A stretch of 49,426 bases of DNA from Octopus bimaculoides. Taxonomy: Eukaryota. Position 1 is the stretch's first letter. Every line of letters begins with the position of its first letter. The stretch is from assembly GCF_001194135.2 (NCBI RefSeq), contig NC_068983.1, positions 138,825,993 to 138,875,418 on the forward strand, in the 5' to 3' direction. The notes beneath the pieces are model-generated. The model was not told the origin of the DNA and searched no databases. It was given only the letters and a program-made list of their open reading frames with translations. Made by a program: the position numbers and the translations under genes. Positions 39,348-49,426 of this stretch are shown one piece after another.

Positions 39348-40469
39348 NNNNNNNNNNNNNNNNNNNNNNNNNNNNNNNNNNNNNNNNNNNNNNNNNNNNN
39401 NNNNNNNNNNNNNNNNNNNNNNNNNNNNNNNNNNNNNNNNNNNNNNNNNNNNNNNNNNNNNNNNNNNNNNNNNNNNNNNNNNNNNNNNNNNNNNNNNNNN
39501 NNNNNNNNNNNNNNNNNNNNNNNNNNNNNNNNNNNNNNNNNNNNNNNNNNNNNNNNNNNNNNNNNNNNNNNNNNNNNNNNNNNNNNNNNNNNNNNNNNNN
39601 NNNNNNNNNNNNNNNNNNNNNNNNNNNNNNNNNNNNNNNNNNNNNNNNNNNNNNNNNNNNNNNNNNNNNNNNNNNNNNNNNNNNNNNNNNNNNNNNNNNN
39701 NNNNNNNNNNNNNNNNNNNNNNNNNNNNNNNNNNNNNNNNNNNNNNNNNNNNNNNNNNNNNNNNNNNNNNNNNNNNNNNNNNNNNNNNNNNNNNNNNNNN
39801 NNNNNNNNNNNNNNNNNNNNNNNNNNNNNNNNNNNNNNNNNNNNNNNNNNNNNNNNNNNNNNNNNNNNNNNNNNNNNNNNNNNNNNNNNNNNNNNNNNNN
39901 NNNNNNNNNNNNNNNNNNNNNNNNNNNNNNNNNNNNNNNNNNNNNNNNNNNNNNNNNNNNNNNNNNNNNNNNNNNNNNNNNNNNNNNNNNNNNNNNNNNN
40001 NNNNNNNNNNNNNNNNNNNNNNNNNNNNNNNNNNNNNNNNNNNNNNNNNNNNNNNNNNNNNNNNNNNNNNNNNNNNNNNNNNNNNNNNNNNNNNNNNNNN
40101 NNNNNNNNNNNNNNNNNNTATAATAATAATATAGATTTAATCAAAAGATTAAATGTGTTACTTAAAATGTTTGAGGCACCAGAATTTCGTAGGGTAAAAA
40201 CCAAAAACAAAATCAAGAGATTTGGTGAATAGAATTTGAAGAAAAGCAACAAGAAATTCAATAGGTTTTAGCAGTACGTACGTTTCGCACAAACATCATT
40301 TATTTATGTAGTGAGAACACCACATAACATGTGCAATGAAAATGTACTCCTCAGCTGCATAATGGAATTTCATTTAAGAAAGTCATTTTGTAGATGTGTG
40401 CAAAAACAAGAGTAGGAGAAGAAGAAAATACCAAATTGACTGGGCTGCCAATAAAACTACTCATTAAAG

Positions 40470-41930
40470 TCATTGCCCTTCTATGTGAAATCGCAGACAT
40501 TTCTATGATATTACTTGTAGAATTATCAACTTGTGTGATGTGTTATTTTATATATTGTCCACGATTCAGACCCATTCAGCAATGTCGGGACATCAGCGTG
40601 GAAAACTGACGTTTTGGTTTTCAGACTTTATCTTCTCACATTCCTTAACATTCCTCGCATTTTTCTAAAGGCATCACCAGCGTTGTTGTTCCTATTTTGT
40701 ACTTCATCATCTTAAGAAGCCTTTCAATATGTTTTGCTTCTTAAGTATAGAAAAAAACTTCATATACTTTAGAGATTTGTTGCTCACAAGCATTTGACGT
40801 GATGGCGCACTGTATTGGGAGTAGGTAGTAATTTGCCTCTTCTTTGGACAGGGGTTGCATTTGGCTGTTATATAACTGCTGTCTCTTTCACACTTATTGT
40901 TAGGCCAAAAGCTTTTGCTGCATAGGAAAATCGGCTTATAACTTTTTGTGCTTCTCGGGAAAAGATTATCTACTAGAATCCCCATCATCAGCAAACATGG
41001 AATCTGACAAGATTTTCGTCCTAGTAAGGATCCTTGCATTAAAACTGTGGTCATTGAAGGGACCACCTGATGTTCTGAACTGAAGCAAAACGCCATTATT
41101 ACAAGCCCTGAAGGAATAATGTAGTATTAGAAAACAGTTAATAACAAACACAACCACGGGTGATATTAGGCACCTGGGGTTGTTCCATTTTTTTACACGA
41201 AAAATATCTTAAGTTCAATGTAACTTAACAGAACGTTGCATGCTGACTTGGAATGATCTTATAACACTGATCAACTAATTAGCATCACAAGTGAAGGAGA
41301 TAAAAGCATCACAAGTGAAGGAGATAAAAGCATCACAAGTGAAGGAGACAAAGTCATTTTTAAGTCAACAAAGATCATAAATGATTCACTGTTTTTCTCC
41401 TCTGCTATCTCTGAAACCTGCCGCAAGCCATATATCATCTCTCAGCTTCGAAGGGGTTTCATATATACATGATCTATCAGGTGAAATATTATTCTGTTAA
41501 GAGCAACTCGAGCAAGGATCTTGCCCGCCACAGAGTTCAGTGACTTACCCTGATGGATGTCACACAGTTCTTTTCGCACTTTTCTTTTAAACAGTTAGGT
41601 AATAAATAAGTCATTAAATTCCTGAGGAACCTGAACATTCTTCGAAATCAAAAGGAACAAATACAAAAACTAATGCATGAGTATATCACCTCCATATTTG
41701 TACACTTCAGCTGATATTGCATCATTACCAGGCGATCTACCTGATACCATTTGCTTATAGCCTTTTTAACTTCCGGATCGAAGTCGAATTCAGGAATTTT
41801 CCGCCGGAAAGAAACTACGTTAATGACGTGATGATCCACGTCATTTGCTGAATTCAAAACTGTTTCGAAGTATTCTTTCCAGTGCTTAAGGATTTATTAC
41901 CTTTATCATTTAGCGAAGTAGATCCACCCG
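40470..41930 (-). mobile_element. RTE-clade LINE reverse transcriptase, decayed
   Basis: HWKEYFETVLN; GRSPGNDAISAEVYKYGG; SVAGKILARVALNRI; IFVDLK; QFRTSGGPFN...SMFADD; RFSYAAKAFGLTISVKET; PTLLNGSESWT. Confidence 0.88.
41281..41352 (+). repeat. 24-bp tandem repeat x3
   Basis: AGCATCACAAGTGAAGGAGA at 41281, 41305, 41329. Confidence 0.92.
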
Positions 41931-41984
41931 ACGCTAATATTGGTAACAATTCATGTTGATGAGGTGCATTACCCCTTTTTTTTC

Positions 41985-42081
41985 ATTCACCTACCTACCT
42001 ACTTACCTACCTACCTACCTACCTACCTACCTACCTACCTACCTACCTACATACATACATACATACATACCAACCTAGTTG

Positions 42082-42142
<61 letters not shown>

Positions 42143-42310
42143 TCGTCTGTCTGTATGCCTATCTGTCTGTCTATCTGTCTGTCTATCTGTCTGTCTATCT
42201 GTCTGTCTGTCTGACTGTCTGTCTATGTATATATTTATCTTTATGCATGCATGTAGGCATGCACGTGATTATGTATGTATCTATCAATCAATCAATTTAT
42301 CTATCTATTT
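41985..42310 (+). repeat. Compound tetranucleotide array (CTAC)-(ATAC)-(CTAT)-(CTGT)
   Basis: Directly visible. Confidence 0.95.
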
Positions 42311-42755
42311 ATCTATCTATATTTATATGCACACATATGCACGTGTATGTATGCACATGTATGTATATATGTATATATGACTGTATTCATGACAGTACGC
42401 GTGTATGCATATATGTAAGAATGGATAAGCAAAAATATATGTAACTATATCGGTATACATAACGAATCATCGAAATTGGATTGATTGTCAAAGGCTGTTT
42501 GACACATTCATTTAGTGACTATTTATAAGTAGAACACTTGATATTCTGTCTGAATACATAAACAAGTGATATTTTCATAGTTTCTCAATCGCATATATAA
42601 AATATAATACAAAAGACTTTTAATTATTGCTAATAGAGTTTTAGTGTTGATGAATATCTTCTTTTCAAGATGTTTACGATCTTTCATCTAATGACAAATC
42701 CTCCGCCTCCTCGTCGTCGTCCGCCTCTACCACCACACCCTCCTCCTCCTCTTCT

Positions 42756-42838
<83 letters not shown>

Positions 42839-43515
42839 AGATATTAGCAGTTATAATAATATAGTTATTATTAATAACAGAATGATAATGAATAATAATT
42901 ATTATTTTACAAATGATATTCTGTCAGAAAAGAGGATATTGTGGTATTTCTTTCTTAGCAGAATTAGATAAAATCCATTTTCATTTTTGGAATGGGAAGA
43001 TTTCTTCTATTTTATACGGCTTTATTTGATACGGATTATGTGTGATGTATCTTGTGACTCCACTATATTCAAAAGAAAATTATATTAGCTGCGCATGTAG
43101 CCAAGTTTGTTTGTGTAAGCGATTAGATGTTGGCGTATATACATGCACTTGTTTGTTGAAATGAGTCAGTATGCATATGTATGGGTAATAATATGCACAC
43201 ATGTGGATATTCAAAATTTCATAAAACTGAATATCGAAGTAAATATTCTTATCAGTGTAATCCTTATCATAATTATAATTACTCTATTACAAGCATATCT
43301 CCTTATCGTAATTATATTACTTGGACCTTAGCAACCGTTCTGGCTTGCCATTACCAAAATATTTAATCCAGTAAGGACTTTTGTCGATTGTGCACATAGG
43401 GACAGTTATATATGCTTAAAAATTACAGTATTTATCCTTCCAGATATTAGGAAATTGAAAGAACTTTCAATTTCCATTAGTGATATTCCTTTCAGCAATA
43501 CCATAGAATCTCTGT

Positions 43516-43560
<45 letters not shown>

Positions 43561-43596
43561 CAAGAAAGATAATTCCAATAAATCTTCTTCAGATAT

Positions 43597-43987
43597 CTTT
43601 CATCTTTTATCTCTACTTGTTTCTATCATTAGACTGTGGCCATTCTGGGACACCGTCTTGGAGAATTTTTTGTTATATGAATCAACACCTGCAGTTATTA
43701 TTTTGTTAAGCTTGCTACGTATTCCATCGGGCTTTTTTCCTGAACCCTTCTGTCACTGGGGCATAAACACTCCAACGCCGGTTGTCAAGCGGCATTGGGA
43801 GACAAACACAAGGAGCAAACGCACATGTACAACGAAGTTCTTTCTGTTTCTGTCTACAAATCAACACAAAGCTTCGATCGGCCAGAGGCTATAGTAGAAG
43901 ACACTCGCCCAAAGTGCAACGAAATGGGACTGAGCCCGGAGTCATGTGGTTAGTAAGCAAGCTTCTTCCCACACAGCTACGCCCTCA
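43597..43987 (-). mobile_element. Near full-length tRNA-derived SINE
   Basis: Minus strand GTAGCTGTGTGGGAAGAAGCTTGC...GGGCTCAGTCCC...GTGTCTTCTACTATAGCC...GCTTGACAACCGG...GAAACAAGTAGAGATAAAAG. Confidence 0.82.
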
Positions 43988-44657
43988 CCTGTATATCCAT
44001 TCCGTAATTAGATTCATTAAAGGATTTCTGACAGAGAGGATTCTTCACCTTATTATGCACGTGAATAATATCTGAAACGTGTAGCAAAGACATTTTAGGT
44101 GTAGTTAATGTCTGTCTCAAAAAGCTACTCATTAAATATTGAGGGCCGTTAGTCCGTTTTGGAAATCACGTTTAACAGAGGCTAGGTAAGGGATGATATC
44201 CGAACTGAAATTGTTTCCATTTGTGAAGCATGAGAAAAATTTATTTTCCATTAGTATTTATATGATTGTTTATCTTATGATTGTTTATTTATCACAATTA
44301 TACCTAAAGGAGTTCATGTAGTTATTGTTAAATGAACAAGCCTATGATCAAAAACAAGCTAAGCGTTATCATCCTTCATATTTTTTCCGGTTGCAAAAAC
44401 GTATTACGGGTATTTCTTCTAAAACAATGTAGTATCTTTTATTGGAAATATGGCTTCTATTTCTAGCAGACCTAACGGTTGTTTAAATGATATGTTGTGA
44501 TTATTAATATTGTCAACTGTCGTTATTTTATTTTAATTTGATTTCATTGCTATGTACATGCGTCTTTTTAATATTCTGTACTTGTAGGTATTTCTCTTTG
44601 ATCTCACTCTCTCTCCCTCACTCTCTTTCTTTTCACTCTCTTTATTTTTTGTATAAG

Positions 44658-44717
<60 letters not shown>

Positions 44718-45042
44718 CATACACATTCTTATTAAATTCTTAATTGCTGTATGTACCATTATCTCAGTTTCAACTCAGATCCGAATGTAATAAAGCTGGT
44801 ATAAAATAAAATAAAATCGAATAGTATGAATGGTAGGGAGATACACATATATTGTTAACTCAAACATTATCCTACAGGGTGATAAGGTGCCAGACTGCGT
44901 GGTTCCTATTCTCTCTCCCACCACTAACCGATATGTTCAAGAGAGCCTTAAGAAAGTCGAACAAGGAAATTACGGATGAGGTAGCTCTACATGGACTACC
45001 CCTCCCACTCGACGACTTGTATGCGTTAGTCACTCCAGATAC

Positions 45043-45784
45043 TGTGAGTGTCAGTCGAGTAGTTAGTTGAGATAGTCGTTTCTTACTTGTCTAACTAAGT
45101 ATATGCTATACCGGAGTGAGCGTTATAATAATCCAACAGGAGATTAAGATAGTGGTGAGGAAGAATTCACAAACTCACGAGGATTAGACAAACTCACTTT
45201 CAAATTGTGGAATACGCCCGTAAGTGTATTGTATGGGAATTACCAAACTCATAGGAAAAATGCTATACGTGGTAGAAAGAAAACAAGGGGTATACAAGAG
45301 ATACATGAATCAACCTTAAAAAAATGATCCGTTGATCCGTTGAGAGCGAACCTCAAGAGAATAGAAGAACCAACAGGATGGTTATACGATACTTTTCAAG
45401 TACCAACGACTCTACAAATAGTTGAACCCAGACACACAAGCGAAAGAGAAAGAAAATGTACGAAGTTCCTTAAGGTGGATGCCAAACGGAAAAATATTAA
45501 CTGTGTAATTGTATGAAAGGATCCCCTCAATGATGGGAGGTGGGGTCATATAACATTTTTTGCTAAGAAAAAAAGAATTGCGTTCCATAAGAAAAAAGAG
45601 AAAATCTTAAAAATGGAGATGTTATAGGGATAATAGTAAAAATGGAATATCCTTCCCACGTGACAAGTGGCATGTCATAGTCATTACAAACATTATGTGC
45701 GTCAATCGAGTAGTCAGTCTTGTCTTATCTAACTAAATATACTGCTATACCGATGTGGGCGTTATAATAGTCCACAGAGGATTA
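45043..45784 (+). repeat. Diverged ~90-100 bp direct repeats (45043-45146, 45696-45784) around an A-rich interior
   Basis: Shared TCGAGTAGT, TCTAACTAA.TATA, GCTATACCG, GCGTTATAATA.TCCA. Confidence 0.7.
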
Positions 45785-46078
45785 CAACACTAACATGCTC
45801 ACTGCCCTGAAGCTATAAATCTTTTGGACGCCCTACCTACTAACTGACCTCTTAATGTCATCCTAGCTTTGCGTTTTCTCTCATTCCAAGCCAGCTTCGG
45901 TTGGAATGAAGTCCGACAGGCACACTGTGGTAAAGTGCTGGTCTTATATAGTTTTGAAATGTTATCTATCATTTGATGAAAGCAGTGTTTTAGTTAAGAT
46001 TTAAGATGTAATATACTCAATCTAGTAAATAAATCCGCGGGAACAGCTGTAATGAAGTGACACGTATCCATCGTTTTG

Positions 46079-46153
<75 letters not shown>

Positions 46154-46796
46154 AGTGTGTGTGTGTGTATGCGCGCACGTGCGTGTATAAGTATATAATA
46201 CTATTTAGTTTTTGGTGATGTTCAGTATTTTATTATGAAATTATCTTACATGTATTGTCTATGGTGGTTTCATTTTATCGTTATAGTTCATTCATTGCCA
46301 TGACATCAACTTATCTTTGATGAAAGTATTAGCCATATGAATATCAGAATTATCAGCGCCTGCAAGTTCAAATCTACGACATACCTTTACGATAAATGTT
46401 TCTCTTCTGTGAAACAATTTTAACTAAAAAGAGTAAATCATTTATTGAGGCTTCTCTGATTGAAGCGTGATTCAGAGCTAAACAAATTGCTATTTAGAAA
46501 GAACCAACGGAATGAATACCGTTAGCATGATTTACTTACATGATTTTTCGATATCATTTAACTGACTTGTAAAGAATATCTGATTTACAATTTATATTAC
46601 TATCCGTCTAAATTTCCCACTTTAGGAATATTGCCACCAACGGTGACACTGAAGATCTCAAACGTGGGCTGTAGTTAAAAAGATCGTTTCACAACAAAGT
46701 TGATCCTTATTCAGTTCTACTGCACGGCAGTCTCCTACACTGTGTCCATGTGGCGGTCAATACGTTGTTTATTAGATCTTATCAGTCGTTTACGAA

Positions 46797-47113
46797 AGGA
46801 GCACAGCTCAGTGGTTAGAGCGTCCCTCTCACAATCATGATATAGTGAGTTGGATTCCCGGACCGGTCTGCGTGTTGTTCTTGAGCAAGACACACTATTT
46901 CACGTGGAAATGAGTTGTGACATCAAGCTGTATCGGTCTTGGCCTTTCCCTTGGATAATATCTGTGGCGTGGAGAGGGGAGACTGATATGCATGGGCGAC
47001 TGCTGGTCTTCCATAAACAACCTTGTCCAGAATTGTGACTCCGAAGGTAACTTTCTATGTGAAATCCCATGGTCATTCATTCATGACCGAAACGGATCTT
47101 TGCCCTTTTTTTT
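46797..47113 (+). mobile_element. tRNA-derived SINE with CORE-like segment
   Basis: A-box-like AGCTCAGTGGTTAGAGCG, B-box-like GTTGGATTCCC, CTTGAGCAAGACAC; T-rich end. Confidence 0.82.
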
Positions 47114-47953
47114 TATATCAGTAGTTTGGTAATAGGCAACCTGAACAAATACCACTTTTTGAATGCGAGGCGAATGATTTCGAATTTCTGGTATTGCATA
47201 ATTTACAAGTTGTAATAAGAACAAACCGAAACCTGATAGAAATAAAATACTCGCTAAATATTTTTAAATAAAAGGACTCATTTGAGAACTTGGCCATGAT
47301 TTAAAGGGCATTTTGCTAAATTGGTGTTACACAACAACTGGAAAATAGCTCTTTAATAAGATTGAATGCGACAAATTAAAGGAAATCATACAAAATACTC
47401 CAATTTCAGCACAAATATATTATTTAGTTTGAGAAAATATTTTATTGTCAGTTTAAATCTCGTGATATCTTTATACTTGCACTAATCTTATATAATCCTG
47501 TTAAGGTTTGTTCGTTTATTCGTGACTTGACTTGAAGGAAAAGACATAAATATAATGTGTATTCAGAGAGAAAATATTCAAGTATTGAATACCTTAACTT
47601 ATCTCACAAATGAAAAATAAAGCTATCACATGCCAATAGATTTGAATGTATATAGATTTAAAACTCGTCATTTAGATATATTTATATAAGAACGCAATTT
47701 ATATCCAATAGTAAAGTTGTTCGTAGGTTTCGAACGCGGAGAAAGGTAGCTCAGTTTCCGTTTTCCAAATCCAAGTGAAGCGATACTGAACAATCCAGAA
47801 TTCCATGGTAGGATAGATTGGGCTACGAATTGGATCCACGAAGTGGGGACAGGATCAAGAATCACATGGTGGCAATTGCAAGCCTCTTTGTGCACGCGCT
47901 CGTGTGTGTGTATGTGTGTACGTAATATACGCTTTGATGAATGCTTGCATACA

Positions 47954-48030
<77 letters not shown>

Positions 48031-48141
48031 GTTTGACTATACGCACACACACACACACACATATGTATGTGCATGTGTACCTTTCTGTATATGTGTATTA
48101 TATGCTATCTCCCCACTCTCTCACTCTTTCTCCCTATATCT

Positions 48142-48485
48142 TTAGGTAAGTTTGTTCTAGTGTAGTCTCGGCTTGATCAATGCCTCGTGAGTGAATTTGG
48201 TGGAGAATTTGGTAGAGAAAACTTTGTATGGAATTCTGTCTTATATACATATATATATGTGAACGTGTGTGGCTGTTTGTGCTGTCCACACACCTTGCAT
48301 TTGATAACCAAAGCCATTTTGTTTACGTCCTTTTGATCCAGCGCTTCGGCAAAGGACAACGATAGAGTAAGAGTGTCAAATTTAAGACATAAGTGCTGTA
48401 GTCGGTCTGTTCGTCTGAGACCCTTTGGGGTGGTGCTCCTGTATAGCCGTAGTCCAATTTTTGAAACAAGGAAAAAGATAACAGA
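48142..48485 (+). mobile_element. 5'-truncated tRNA-derived SINE
   Basis: CCTCGTGAGTGAATTTGGT...(TA/TG)...GTTTACGTCC...TTCGGCAAAG...GGTGCTCC...TTGAAACAAG. Confidence 0.7.
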
Positions 48486-49199
48486 TATAAACACCTTATA
48501 TGATATCAATGGAAGCCGAAATCACGTGACAAGAGGTACTCACCAACTTGAAGGATCCAGCAGTGGGATTAGGATGCCTAGAATGCGAGGCACTGACGTA
48601 AAGCTCATCTAAAGCATGCTGCGGAGTTTGAGTATTTTCAAGCCTTGATTCTCGTTGATTTGGGAAGTATATATAGAGGGAGCAGTCAAAGAAATCGTTT
48701 GAAATATGACGAATCCAGCAAGTTTGTGAGGTACGTGTATAGCGATATAAATTGCTTTATACAGAGATTGAACCTACATTCACGATTCCTGCCCTGCCCA
48801 TCAACATTAGTCTTGAAGGAAATAGCAGAGCATCGACATAAATATATTTCCATAGTAATTATTAAGAAAAGAAATCACTGGTTAGTTGTGGCTGCTTCTG
48901 ATATAGTCAATTGGTTACATTGATAACAGAAAGAAAAGCCTTGAGAAATGAGTCAAATTAAACTGGGCATTTACTTGTAGGCTCTACGCTAGTCGGCGCC
49001 AATGGAATATAGCGATGAGAAGGGAGTGAGTAAAAATTTCTCCCAACTACAACAGATAGCTGATGAAAAGAACGATCCACACTACCATTAGCATCTTAAA
49101 ACACAGCAAGCACACATGAACGTATATGCATAAATTTTCACACGAACTCATATACACATTCGTATACTCATATGTACATGTGTATATGTATGTGTATGT

Positions 49200-49202
49200 G
49201 TA

Positions 49203-49279
<77 letters not shown>

Positions 49280-49290
49280 GTGTCTCTCTG

Positions 49291-49337
<47 letters not shown>
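49200..49337 (+). repeat. (TATC)n microsatellite
   Basis: Directly visible; similar arrays at 23897-24022, 38645-38730, 47955-48030. Confidence 0.95.
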
Positions 49338-49339
<2 letters not shown>

Positions 49340-49426
49340 GAGATCTGTATGGCAATATAAGGATTATGTAACTTGGTGGCATACATTTGCTCATGTGCAA
49401 GTTATTTTTCAAAGTGAAGAGTTAGC

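Overview
AT-rich, repeat-dominated animal genomic DNA with 8 assembly gaps (N at 2350-2516, 30086-30238, 33758-33767, 34209-35176, 36490-36499, 36794-36839, 37525-37786, 39348-40118). The microsatellite load and SINE families look like an octopus/coleoid cephalopod genome; this is inference, not tested. I found no intact host protein-coding gene, and nearly all ORF-track entries are microsatellite or gap artefacts. Decayed mobile elements dominate: RLE-type non-LTR fragments (R4/Dong-like, HERO-like), an RTE RT, Penelope-like pieces (RT, GIY-YIG, two terminal repeats carrying minimal hammerhead ribozymes), a full-length DD36E Tc1-like transposon, a truncated Tc1, a Tigger-like MITE, a FLYWCH-MULE and several tRNA-derived SINEs. 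Two structures are not explained by these families. (1) A large diverged palindrome (26340-30518, about 1.2 kb arms, 135 bp spacer) whose left arm was later split by the MULE. (2) A ~2.6 kb microsatellite-free, decayed multi-ORF segment (14605-17160) with glycoprotein-like remnants, a candidate endogenous viral element. All family calls come from manual translation and recalled motifs; no database search was run.
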